Assembly (NCBI RefSeq): GCF_001194135.2
Contig: NC_069002.1
Coordinates: 27,936,043 to 27,982,829, forward strand
Source of the DNA: Octopus bimaculoides
Taxonomy: Eukaryota
Direction: 5' to 3'
DNA: 46,787 bases
In this document: positions 34,036 to 46,141 of the stretch, in pieces
Position numbering within the stretch: the first letter of the stretch is position 1
Layout: each line of letters begins with the position of its first letter
The notes under the pieces: model-generated
Seen by the model: only the letters and a program-made list of their open reading frames with translations
Told to the model about the DNA's origin: nothing
The model's database searches: none
Program-made: the position numbers and the translations under genes

Positions 34036-34467
34036 ACCAGGCCGTTTGTCTTGTTATATTATCAAAGACAAGTAAATCATCATCATCAGCCTCAGTATTA
34101 TCAGCAGCACCATCACCATTTATTGTCCATTTCCCATGGTGGTATGGGTCAGATGGTGTCAATAGGAGCTGGCGAGTCAGGGGACTGCATCTAGCTCCAA
34201 TTTCTGCTTTGCCATGCTTTCTACAGCTGGGATAGCCCTTCCTTATTCCAACCACTGTACAGAGTGTATTGAGTGCTTTTTATGTAGCACCAGCCTCAGT
34301 GAGGTCACCAAGTTGTTAAAAAGATTATCTTGAAGCAGAAATAACATTTGTTTTTGTATTGTTTTTCACATTTCCTTGTTTCTCTTCAAAATTTCAAGTT
34401 AATCACCCATTCCCATGCTGGAGTCAATAATCTGGACATTTTTTTCTGATTCTCTTTGAAATTACAG

Positions 34468-34600
34468 GTTAATTATCTATTCCCATGCCGGAGTCAATAA
34501 TGTGATGGTAGTTGGGTGCCAGATGTGTTTATTCTGCATATTCCTTATTGGAATGGATGGTCAATTTATATCAGAAGATATATATCCAGTAGTCTGTCAG
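34468..34600 (+). CDS. GABBR1: GABA-B1 TM2 exon (LIIYSHAGVNNVMVVGCQMCLFCIFLIGMDGQFISEDIYPVVCQ)
   Basis: TACAG acceptor, GTAAAA donor, 133 nt, phase 2/0. Confidence 0.92.
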
Positions 34601-35297
34601 GTAAAAACTTTCGTTACAATTATTTCTTTAATTCTAATAATCTTTTCTCCTTCAGGCACAAAACCTGAAATTTTGCAGGAGAGAGTTTAGTCAATTACAT
34701 CGACCCCCAGTGTGTGACTGGTATTTATTTTATTGACCCCCCAAAAGGATGACAGGCAAAATTAACCTTGGCAGAATTTGAACTTCAAATGTAAAGCCAG
34801 ATGAAATGCTGCTAAGCATTTTTGCCTGGTGTGCTAACGATTCTGCCGGCTCACTGCCTTAATAATAGTTATAATAATAATAATATCAAATGTCATAAGG
34901 ATTCATGACTTTTGAGAGAGTGTGAAATAATTTGTGGAACTTGAAGTAGATAATGTTAAAGATAATAGTATGTAAATATTAGGTTAAAAAAAAACCCTAA
35001 AAACCCTTGGATGGAAAAAGTCATATACTGCTTATGTGACTGGCACTCACATCTTCTGTAAGTATGACAGATGTTCTACCATTGGACCAAAGCAATCCTT
35101 TGAATTTCTCTATCCATTTTAGAAGCTTTGTTCTTAACAGTGAGGATTGTTTACATCATAAGAATTTAGAAACTTTGAGAGAACGTGAGATAATTTGTTT
35201 TTAATGATTGAAATTAGAGAAGATGAAGTTATAAATAGTAATGTTTAAATATTGGGTTAAAAGAAACACTTTGAATGGAAAAAAAGTTGATTTTGTC

Positions 35298-35671
35298 TTA
35301 ACCCTTTTGTTACCATATTTATTTTGAGATTCCCTGTGTTTCTTTCAATTAATTTTAAATATAACAAAGAATATAGAGCCAGAGGTAGTTTCAGCTGGGT
35401 TGGTATCAAAAGGGTTAAGAATTGTTTCTCTACTATATATTTTAACCCTTTTGTTATCATATTTCTGTTGAGATGTTCTGTGTTTCTTTTAATTAATTTT
35501 AAATATAACAAAGAATTTAGTAAAATAACTTAGTTATCATTAAGCTAGTGTTAGGAACATAAATCGTGACAAAGGTTTGTTGGAAGATTTTAATTTAGAA
35601 CTTTTGAAAACAAGACATTTGTCCTACAGAGCCAGAGCTGGTTTCAGCCGGGTTGGTAACGAAAGGGTTAA
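35298..35671. mobile_element. Two TTAA-flanked MITEs: internally deleted (35298-35418) and full length (35442-35671)
   Basis: TTAACCCTTTTGTTA...GGTAACGAAAGGGTTAA termini; same family as the 23060-24280 array, with relics at about 4090-4250, 17330-17530 and 27445-27540. Confidence 0.8.
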
Positions 35672-36636
35672 ATGACAAAGGCTATTTCAGACCACTAATT
35701 GTGAAGGACTGTTGTGGGAAAAAATGTGGATAATCTTGTGGGATTCTGCCAAATCAGATGTTAGCAACCGAAACTTTGGTGTGTTGATGTCAAAAGAAGC
35801 AAGACTCCTCAGTCTATATTTATTTTGCTTCTTCTCATTGGTTTTTCTCGTAACAAGAATGCTTAAACTATAAACGTCCTAAAGTATAGTCTCATTAGAT
35901 TTTACTTAAGATATTGTATAATTAAATAATTAATAGCTTCTGAGATACAAAAGCAGATCCTTAATATTCTTCTATCATTTAACACTTTATCTACCAAACC
36001 CATTTTGCCCCATATCTTCTTTTGCATCAGTCATCTAGTTTTGTTATAAATTATGCAGTTTTCATTTTTGACCTTGTATATATTCTGGTTCATTATATAA
36101 ACAACCGCATTGATTTATCACAAGTATCACCAGTGACTGGCACCTGCGATACAGAACAAATATTATATTCATTTTGTACACAAGTGATACATGTAGTATA
36201 CAAAGTATTAATCCTTTATCATTTAAACAGGCTGTATTTGACCCAAATTTTCCATTCGTTTTATGTTCAAAATGACTAGATCCAACCTCTCATGCCTAAC
36301 CTACAATGTCTTTTTAGAAATAAACAATCACATCATTGAAATCTGAAAGCTATGAGAATAAGTAAGCATCGTGTTTAACAAAATGCTAAAAGGTTAAACC
36401 AGCCATATCTGGCCCAAATACTCTCCTTGTTTTATGTTCAGATCCAGCTTCTCACACCTACCCTACAATGTCATTCTAAAAATATATAATCACATCATTG
36501 TAATCTCAAGGCTAAAAGCTAATAAATGACTAATTCAAAACTATGTGAATAAATAAGCATTATGTTTAATGATAAAGGTTTAAGATGTTTGTCTTTGCAT
36601 AAATCTAATACTGTTTTTTGATACAATTTCTTTTAG

Positions 36637-36744
36637 ATTCGGGCTTGGTTACTAACTATTGGTTTCACTCTTGGATATGGCTCAATGTTTTCCAAGATAT
36701 GGACTGTACACCGTTTGGCTACAACACGGAAAAAAGAAAGAAAG
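36637..36744 (+). CDS. GABBR1: GABA-B1 TM3/ICL2 exon ([36 protein letters not shown])
   Basis: TTTTAG acceptor, GTAATA donor, 108 nt; GF.LGYGSMF.KIW motif. Confidence 0.95.
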
Positions 36745-36962
36745 GTAATAACTCTATCAAAAATGTAATTTTCTCATCTCTCTCATTTCAGTGACTCGGT
36801 GGTCATACATCTATACGTGTAGTGCCAGTCTTATTTATTAGCTCTACCTTAGCGAAGGCGGAGGTATTCTTTTCAGTTATGTTTGTTTGTTTGTTTCTCT
36901 CTCCTCTTTTAACCTTTTTCCAACATGTTCTAGTGCACTTCACCACTGTATGCAGTAACCAC

Positions 36963-37531
36963 TCTGTCGCTTATGACATCGAGGGTTCCAGTTGATCTGA
37001 TCAATGGAACAGCCTGCTCGTGAAATTAACGTGCAAGTGGCTGAGCACTCCACAGACATGTGTACCCTTAACGTAGTTCTCGGGGATATTCAGCGTGACA
37101 CAGTGTGACAAGGCTGACCCTTTGAATTACAGCCACAACAGAAACAGGAAGTAAGAGTGAGAGAAAGTTGTGGTGGAAGAGTACAGCAGGGTTCGCCACC
37201 ATCCCCTGCCGGAGCCTTGTGGAGCTTTAGGTGTTTTCGCTCAATAAANNNNNNNNNNNNNNNNNNNNNNNNNNNNNNNNNNNNNNNNNNNNNNNNNNNN
37301 NNNNNNNNNNNNNNNNNNNNNNNNNNNNNNNNNNNNNNNNNNNNNNNNNNNNNNNNNNNNNNNNNNNNNNNNNNNNNNNNNNNNNNNNNNNNNNNNNNNN
37401 NNNNNNNNNNNNNNNNNNNNNNNNNNNNNNNNNNNNNNNNNNNNNNNNNNNNNNNNNNNNNNNNNNNNNNNNNNNNNNNNNNNNNNNNNNNNNNNCTGCT
37501 ACCCTAACCACTGGGCCATTGCGCCTCCACC
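36963..37531 (-). mobile_element. Family A SINE spanning a gap, 3' tail missing, 13-bp TSD
   Basis: ATGCAGTAACCAC at 36950-36962 and 37532-37544. Confidence 0.85.
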
Positions 37532-38157
37532 ATGCAGTAACCACATAATCATTATTGTTATATATTTTCACAACAATTGTTTTTTTTCCATTCCGAGTAT
37601 AAATTAGGTTAGTTGTTGCTATATAAACATAGCAAATATGTCATTACTTGTCTGCTCTTTTAATTTGTTCTGCTGTGCATCCAAGCACTGTATACAGAAG
37701 TGCATTATTGTTACCTCCACTGTAGTGAAGGCAGAGGTATTGTTTTCATTTGTGTTTGTTTGTTTGTTTGTCCATGGACAAGATATCTCAAGAACCATTG
37801 GATGGATTCAGATGAAACTTTCAGGGATGTTTGGCCTCGTGACTGGCATGAACTGATTAGATTTTGGGTTCAATCTGGTACCGCACAAGGATTCTGGATT
37901 ATTTTTCCAGTGTTTTTTTACTTAATTTCTGAGAGCAGTCGGGTTCATTTTTGGTATTCTCGTTTGTGAGAGCAGTCGAGTTTATTTCAGATATTCTCAC
38001 TTTAAAAATCATCGAGAGGACACTGGTATTGCCTTGGTGGAGGTTTGCACTCTCTGAGTGCTCTTATTATTATTATAATAATTTGATAATAAAAGTTGAT
38101 TTTAAATATTTTCATTTAATACTTATATTTTCTCCATTTCTTAATTATTATTTTAAG

Positions 38158-38362
38158 GTTGTCCGTAAGTGGGAGCTCCTGGCCGTCTTAGTTTGTCTGT
38201 TGGTTATCGATATGGCCATTTTGGTACCATGGCAGCTACTGGACCCCCTCTATCGGCATTTAGAAAAGTTTCCACCAGAGGAACCAAAACACACAAGTGA
38301 AGATATCATGTTGGAACCATATTTAGAGCATTGCAGCTCAAAAAATATGAAAATATGGTTGG
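38158..38362 (+). CDS. GABBR1: GABA-B1 TM4/ECL2 exon (VVRKWELLAVLVCLLVIDMAILVPWQLLDPL...LEHCSSKNMKIWL-G)
   Basis: TAAG acceptor, GTAAGT donor, 205 nt, ends in phase 1; WQ..DPL and LEHCSS motifs. Confidence 0.95.
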
Positions 38363-38778
38363 GTAAGTTCATATATACTCTTTTACTTGTTTCAGTCATT
38401 TGACTGCGGCCATGCTGGAGCACTGCCTTTAGTCGAGAAAATCGACCCCAGGACTTATTCTTTGTAAGCCTAGTACTGATTCTATTGGTCTCTTTCGCCA
38501 AACCACTAAGTTACAGGGACGTAAACACACCAGCATCGGTTGTCAAGCGATGGTGGGGGACAAACACAGACACACAAACATACACACACACACACATATA
38601 TATATACATATATACGACGGGCTTCTTTCAGTTTCCGTCTACCAAATCCACTCACAAGGCTTTGGTCGGAGCCGAGGCTATAGTAGAAGACACTTGCCCA
38701 AGGTGCCACACAGTGGGACTGAACCCAGAACCATGTGGTTGGTAAGCAAGCTACTTACCACACAGCCACTCCTACACC

Positions 38779-38832
<54 letters not shown>

Positions 38833-39214
38833 GTCCATAAATTACAGACATCACTAAATATATCCCTAATGATTGTTATATTTTTTTTATAGTATAATAG
38901 GTTAGATAGGATGATGTCTATATTACAATATTACAGTAACCAATATGTTATTGTTGTGCATATATAGTAATATTACGATCATGAAATTAGCATTAGCTTA
39001 TCTTACTCTTTCTCACGAAACCCCTTGGAACCTTTTGCGGAACCCTAGTGTTCTTGGCAACCCCAGTTGAGAAACGCTGCTTTATACAGTAATCGGTGTG
39101 GTACCAGTGAAATTAGGCAGGTGATGAGGGTGTCTTCATGTAGCTAATGTTGGAAGTTTTGTTTTTTCCTTTTTTTTGCTGCACTTCTAAATATAAATTT
39201 TCTTGCCTCAACAG

Positions 39215-39342
39215 GTATAATGTTTAGTTATAAAGGCGTTCTCCTTATATTTGGTTTATTCCTGGCCTATGAAACCCGTAGTGTGAAACTGAAGCAAGTT
39301 AACGATTCACGATTTGTTGGTATGAGCATCTACAATGTTGTG
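39215..39342 (+). CDS. GABBR1: GABA-B1 TM5/ICL3/TM6-start exon ([42 protein letters not shown])
   Basis: ACAG acceptor, GTAAGT donor, 128 nt; FLAYET.SV and ND.R.VGM.IYNV motifs. Confidence 0.96.
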
Positions 39343-40558
39343 GTAAGTATTAGTATTATAATTTCATTTTATATCAAACTCATAGTACAGTACTGTGTTA
39401 AAATAAACACATGGGCAACATATACAAGTCACAAACAAATGTAAACACATGACTGTCAATGTATTTTCATATGTAATAATAATTTCTACTAAAGGCACAA
39501 GGCCTGAAATTTTGGGGGAGGGAACTAGTTGATTACTTGACCCCAGTGTTTCACTGGTACTTAATTCACCGACCCTGAAAGGATGAAAGACAAAGTCAAC
39601 CTTGGCGGAATTTGAACTCAGAACATAAAGACAGACGAAACACCACTAAACATTTTGCCCTGTATCCTATCAATTCTGCCTACTCAATGCCTGCCTTATT
39701 CTTCATATATAATAATAATAATCATCATCATCATCCAGTGTTTAAATCCAGGTTTTGTTCCTGTTAACGGGGGTGGCCAGATCTACCACAGTACCATAGC
39801 AACCAAGGTAGGCAGGTGCAGCCCACCTATCATGAGGCTCTTTTGGAGCTGGATTTTCGAAGGGGAGCATACCTTTGCTTACCCCCAACCTCAGTTTCTA
39901 GACATGAGTGATCCCGAGACCAAGGCCTCTACCCATTTTCTTATATTCAAACTGGCTCGATCCCACCTCTTACACATACCTTACAAAGTCATTCTAAAAA
40001 ATATATACAATCACATCATCAAAACCTTGAAGCTTTGAGATAACGCATGATTAAATAAATAAACATTATATTAGTTATAGTAATCATCATCATCATTGTT
40101 TAACATCCATTTTTCATGCTGGCATGGTTGGATGGTTTGACTGGGGTTTGGAGAGCCAACGGCTGCACCAGGCTCCAATCTAATGTGGCAATGTTTCTAC
40201 AGCTGGGTGCTTTTCCTAACGCCAACCACTCCAAGAGTGTAGTGGGTGCTTTTACGTGTCACTGGCATGGGAGCTAGTCAGGTGGGCCTGGCATCGATCA
40301 CATTCGGATAGTGCTTTTTACATGTCATCAGCATGGGAGCCAGTCAGGGGGCACTGGCATCACCCACATTCAGATGGTGCTTTTTACTGAATGTTAAATC
40401 GTGCAAACGTTTTTATAAACCAATACTGTGTTCTACTGTGTTAGCAGTGTTATCACATCACTTGTTAAGGATTATCTCTACAGATTTTTCTATCCCATAT
40501 TTTGTTGCACAACGATAATATCTGTATTTCATTAAAGAAAATCTGTAGAGATAACCTT

Positions 40559-40944
40559 GTTGTTGGCACTCCGTCACTTACGATGTCGAGGGTTCCAGTT
40601 GATCCAATCAACGGAACTGCCTGCTCGTGGAATTAATGTGCAAGTGGCTGAGCACTCCACAGACACCTGTACCCTTAACGTAGTTCTTGGGGATATTCAG
40701 CGTGACACAGTGTGACAAGGCTGACCCTCTGAATTACAGGCACAACAGAAACAGGAAGTAAGAGTGAGAGAAAGTTGTGGTGAAAGAGTACAGCAGGGTT
40801 CGCCACCATCCCCTGCCGGAGCCTCATGGAGCTTTTAGGTGTTTTCGCACAATAAACACTCACAACATCCGGTCTGGGAATCGAAACCACGATCCTATGA
40901 CCGCGAGTCCGCTGCCCTAACCACTGGGCCATTGCGCCTCCACT
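40559..40944 (-). mobile_element. Family A SINE, full length with 9-bp TSD
   Basis: GATAACCTT at 40550-40558 and 40945-40953. Confidence 0.9.
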
Positions 40945-41055
40945 GATAACCTTAACGAGCTAAATTATGATAGAGTGACAAGTTGGTGTGTTATTATAGA
41001 AATTTCAACTTGTCCCTTATATTTTAACGTTTTTTGGTTTTCTTTTCTTTTCAAG

Positions 41056-41184
41056 GTTCTGTGTGTCATCACGGCGCCAATCACTTTGATCATAAACAGC
41101 CAGCAAGATGCCACATTTGCTTTCATGTCTCTTGCTATTGTCATGTGTAGTTTCCTCTCAATGGGACTTATATTCGGACCAAAG
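41056..41184 (+). CDS. GABBR1: GABA-B1 TM6-TM7 exon (VLCVITAPITLIINSQQDATFAFMSLAIVMCSFLSMGLIFGPK)
   Basis: CAAG acceptor, GTAAGT donor, 129 nt; SQQDA.FAF motif. Confidence 0.96.
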
Positions 41185-41473
41185 GTAAGTGATCTGGTAA
41201 TCTTTACCAAAATTTCATTTGTTCTTTCTTTTTCCCCCACTTTTAGAAGACAGAAATACTAATTTGATAATAATAATAATAATAATGGTGGTTTCAAATT
41301 TTGGTACAAGGCTAGCAATTTCGGGGCGAGGGGGTGATACTCATTTTAACGACCCTGAAAGGATGAAAGGTAAAGTTGACCTTGGTGGAATTTGAACTCA
41401 GATCATGAAGACAAACCAAATGCAGCTAAGCATTTTGTCCAACATACTAATGATCTGCCAGCTTCCTGCCTTG

Positions 41474-41509
<36 letters not shown>

Positions 41510-41515
<6 letters not shown>

Positions 41516-41632
41516 CAGACAAATACATAACAAAAACACCAGGACTTACAAATATATATAACATACAGAAAATAGCACTACTGGGCACTGCACACATCCT
41601 ATGCAAAACACTTCCAATACAGTAACCATAAG
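41510..41632 (+). mobile_element. Dong/R4-like ORF C-terminus after (TAA)n
   Basis: KKTDKYITKTPGLTNIYNIQKIALLGTAHILCKTLPIQ* continues the 31742 fragment. Confidence 0.6.
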
Positions 41633-42032
41633 AAGACTAAGAGTAAAAGATGTTTTATATGACACATTCTACCAGTGTCCCAAGTTTCAAAGTGTTTCGT
41701 TAGTGTTTCGTTAAGAAAATACTGGTGCCCCCGTTTTAAAATAGATCCCATACCACTACTACTCCTGCTGGTTGGCTTAGCCTGAAGAGTCCATTGTGTG
41801 GTCGGAGGCATAAAACCTTTTTATTACTGGAAGTAAGAATACAGTCTTGGTCCGCAAGGGTTGTGAAATAAATCCCTGAAATAAAATTCTTTGAAGTGAA
41901 AACCCCTTTATATGTATATCTATGCAATTTGATTTATTATCTGGATAAAAATATATTCAATGGCTGAAGATTTTGCAAAAGAATTTCTCTCCTACAATGT
42001 TTCAAGTGAGCCTTTCTCATGTTTCCTTCCAG

Positions 42033-42173
42033 ATTGTGGACGTTTTAAATAATCCGCACCAAGAAGGAATGGAAATCCGAGCATTGACAGATTCTTTGGC
42101 ATGTCGTGAAGAAGAAGAACGCTATCAACGTCTTTTGGCTGAAAATGAAGAAATAAAGAAGGCCATTGCTCAG
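42033..42173 (+). CDS. GABBR1: GABA-B1 C-tail exon with start of the coiled coil (IVDVLNNP...EEEERYQRLLAENEEIKKAIAQ); last exon seen
   Basis: CCAG acceptor, GTGAGA donor, 141 nt; resembles [21 protein letters not shown] of vertebrate GABA-B1. No downstream exon was found in the window. Confidence 0.88.
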
Positions 42174-43242
42174 GTGAGAAGTGTTTCATCAAATTCTTGT
42201 TTTTATTTTTGCTTTGTAATCATGTGGTTCCAAGTTCGATCCCTCTGTGCAGCACCTTGGGCAAACGTTTTCTACTTTTGTTCCCAACAAACCAATACTT
42301 TTAGGAGTGAATCTGGTAAATGAAAAAAGGCAGTAAATCTGCACATGTGTGTGTGTGTGTGAATATCTTTGTTTTGTTTCTCACCACTTGACAACTGGTA
42401 TTGGTTTGTTTATGTCCCTGTAACTTAATGGTTCAGCTAAAAGGGGCCACCAGAATAAGTACCAGACAAATATACAGTATTTGTTATATATTCATTAGGA
42501 GTTCATTACAAGTCAAATAGTTAGATGCTTCTGCATTAATTTCACTGATAAATTGTATAGTATATTAAATTTATTTCTTTGAAATCTTCTTATTTTATCC
42601 TCTTTTACTTGTTTCAGTCATTAGACTATGGCCATACTGGGACATTATCTGCTAATATAATGATCTTATTGTTGTATCTTTTATCTACTGTCTATGTATG
42701 CAAATGAGCAAGAGAGGTTGCATGATGGATGAAATTAGCTCTGCAATTAGGAACCAAAAACTCCTAGAGATATCTAATAACTAAATACATCACGTAGCCT
42801 TGCCAACTGACTAGAACGTGCTTTGCTGAAGAGGGCTAATAATTCAGAAACATGCCAGTTACTTCCACTGATTGGTTTAAAGAGCTGATCCACTCTGAGT
42901 TATCTCCCTTCAATTTTCTTTAAAATGGTTTTTAAACATTTTAAAAACAAATATTGATAAAGCGGTTTTCTCTCTCTCTATCTATCTATCTATCACTCGT
43001 CTGTCTTTGTTTGTGTCCGTAGAATTTATCAAATTAGAAAACGCAAATTTAATATAAAAATATATTTTCTGAAATTGCAAATTATTTAGAATATAAAAAT
43101 ATAATTTTCAACAGAGAGAATTTATCAAAATAGAAAACAAATGAAGTTTGAAGTTAAGTTTAAAAATAAATGTGATACTTATTCTCCGTAGATACTTATA
43201 CACTGTAATGTTTCAAACGCATGGATATAGGTGTCGAATTTG

Positions 43243-43600
43243 TTACAATAACTTTCCGAAGATTTCGTCCTTAAATTCATAACGCCACATCAATTCAATG
43301 AGATGCGACTGAAGTAAATTTCGGGCTGTTCCATTTACTCTTTTGTTGCAATTCTTTACATGCTTCCATAAGTATTCTATCTGGTTGGTTGTGGCAAATG
43401 TTACCGGATCAACAAAATTTACGGAATGATTTACAGTCAAATGTCTATATCCTAGCTGACTGAGCGTATTATATGAACGCCAGAGGTCAGAAATTATAGT
43501 CGTACCAGGCAATATACGTTCTTGTATAATTTCTGAAAGAGTGTCTGCAAACCGGTCTTCCAGTGCCACCAAAAGACATCTTGGGCAGAGACGGACTATA
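43243..43600 (-). mobile_element. Merlin (IS1016/IS1595-related, ISXO2-like DDE) transposase fragment
   Basis: LVALEDR..TL..II.ERILPGTTIISDLWRSY...HLTVNHSVNFVDP...TNQIEYLWKHVK...HL.E.MWR. Confidence 0.85.
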
Positions 43601-44984
43601 TGTAATCTGAACCTTTCCCCCCCCTTACTTATTTTTTTTTTTTACGGAATCCCACGTTTTAGGCTATGGAGATTCCGATTCTGAAAAAAAAAATTTCAAA
43701 AATCTCAAATTCAAAATTTCAATTCCCCACCCCCTATTTCCTCATTTTAAAATATTTTCCTGAAATTTTTTTTTTANNNNNNNNNNNNNNNNNNNNNNNN
43801 NNNNNNNNNNNNNNNNNNNNNNNNNNNNNNNNNNNNNNNNNNNNNNNNNNNNNNNNNNNNNNNNNNNNNNNNNNNNNNNNNNNNNNNNNNNNNNNNNNNN
43901 NNNNNNNNNNNNNNNNNNNNNNNNNNNNNNNNNNNNNNNNNNNNNNNNNNNNNNNNNNNNNNNNNNNNNNNNNNNNNNNNNNNNNNNNNNNNNNNNNNNN
44001 NNNNNNNNNNNNNNNNNNNNNNNNNNNNTTGAATTACGCGCGGTGGTGGGGGCCGATGGGTGTATGTGATTTGTTTTTAAAAGCAATAATGAATAATGCA
44101 AAAATATATTTATTTATAAAGTTTAAACTCAACATGGAATGAAATATATTTATTTATAAACTTTAAACTGAACTTCATTTGTTTAAATTCTACGGAAACA
44201 AGCGAAGTTGGACGAGTGATAGATAGACAGATAGATAGATAGATAGGCAGACAGACAGACAGACAGACAGATAGATAGCTCCGGCCAGTCAGTAGTCAAA
44301 GAATCAACTCAAACCAGCAGTAACGTTCCTTGTCAGATTTTTCTATATTTTATAAAAATGAATTTACTGTATATGACGCATATAAAAGGCGGTTTCCCGC
44401 CGCTCCCAAAATATGTCTCCAAAAAATCATCCCCACGTCCTATATTCGAAGTTGGGCCTGTATAACATACTTGAATGACCGCAGAACTTATTTTACCCCC
44501 AGAATATGCGCTGCTGAAATTGAGAAGCGTCTAATTTGTTCGTGCATCTTTTATGCTACCAAATAAGTTAGTTTAGTCTCTCAGCCGCGTGACTAAATTA
44601 GAAATGCATAGTGTAAGGGAGATAACTCCATCCAAATATACGTTCAAATTAATTATTCTCGTCAAGTTCGCAGAATCGTTCAGAGCAGAAGTCGGGTAAC
44701 TTTTTAACCAATTACCCCAAAATATATCTATTTACGCCGACGTTACCCCCTTGAATTGAAAAGTGAATTCAAAAGGTTTATTAAATCTATTTTATTGAAT
44801 CTATTTACTTGGTATTGGCAGTGTGGTAAGTAGCTTGTTTACGAACCACATGGTTGCAGGTTCAGTCAGACTGCGTGGCACCTTGGGCGAGTGTCTTCTA
44901 CTATAGCCTCGGGCCGACCAAAGCCTTGTGAGCGGATTTGGTAGACGGAAACTGAAAGAAGCCCGTCGTATATATATATATATA

Positions 44985-45180
44985 TATGTGGGAGAATTTA
45001 CGAAAATAACAACAGACGAAGACAGGTGGTGTAAACAACAAATGGATGTTTAACGCTCGGGAATAGAGAAAGTCTTTGACGTTTCGAGCTACGCTCTTCA
45101 ACTGATAGGAACACAGAAAGAAATAAGGAGAGAAACAAGGAGAAAAATATATATAAATGTAGTGGTCAGCGATCTATCAT
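44985..45180 (-). mobile_element. Second copy of the short hammerhead-bearing element in (TA)n; motif at 45074-45109
   Basis: Minus strand CAGTTGA-A-GAGC-GTA-GCTC-GAAA-CGTC-AAAG; body matches 14999-15190. Confidence 0.6.
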
Positions 45181-45698
45181 GGAGAATGGTATGACCTGTC
45201 TACTGATGCAGTTCCACTGTGACGAAAATTCTGACACCAAATAATAAACGTCTTTAGGAAAATTAACAGTTTTTGTGTGTTTTTGAATGGTTAATATCCC
45301 TTCTGCTCTAGGCACAAGGTCTGAAGTTTAGGGGAAGGGGCTAATCGATTACATGGACATTAATGCACAACTGGTATTTATTTTATCGACCCTGAATTGA
45401 TGAAAAGTGAATTTGACCTCAGCAGAATTTGAACTCTGAATGTAAAGACGTATAAACACTAGCACAGCTAGAGTGTGCTGCCTGGAGCAGCCCTTCCGTT
45501 TGCCACCCCTGGATCCCACAAAAAACACATATTGCCTACAGCAGACCCAAAAGTGACCCCCCCCCCCCNNNNNNNNNNNNNNNNNNNNNNNNNNNNNNNN
45601 NNNNNNNNNNNNNNNNNNNNNNNNNNNNNNNNNNNNNNNNNNNNNNNNNNNNNNNNNNNNNNNNNNNNNNNTTATTTATTTATTTATTGTACTAATAC

Positions 45699-45770
45699 AG
45701 TGGTCCCCAACCTGTGTCCCGTGGACCCATGGAGGTCCGCAAAGGTATTACTGGGGGGGGGGGGTCTGTG
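45699..45770 (+). mobile_element. hAT (Charlie-like) MITE left end
   Basis: CAGTGGTCCCCAACC terminus; related ends at about 11820 (gttgaaaacctct) and 39068-39080 (gttgagaaacgctg). Confidence 0.45.
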
Positions 45771-45807
45771 AACTAAATTCAAAATTTTACACTCACACAC
45801 ACACACA

Positions 45808-46141
45808 TAGCTGAAGGATTAAAATTAATCAAAGGACATACTAAGTATGTTTACCTGCTGGAAATAACAGTCAAAACCCTTATTTGAATCGCCAAAAATA
45901 CACTGACAGTAACTTCAGAAATCAACCATCCAAAGGCAAACATTCAAGTATTTGGATTCACATGGACTGGTTTCTGGACTGGCATAATAGCCTAACCTTC
46001 CTCAGCACACGTTACCATGGATGTTTGATTTCTGTAGTTATTATCAGTGTATTTTGGTGATTTAAATAAGGGTTTTGACTGTTATTTCCAGCAGGTAGCC
46101 ATACTTGGTATGTCCTTTCATTAATTTTAATCCTTCAGCTA
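45808..46141. mobile_element. Fold-back element with arms of about 124 bp
   Basis: 45808-45931 is the approximate reverse complement of 46019-46141. Confidence 0.8.
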
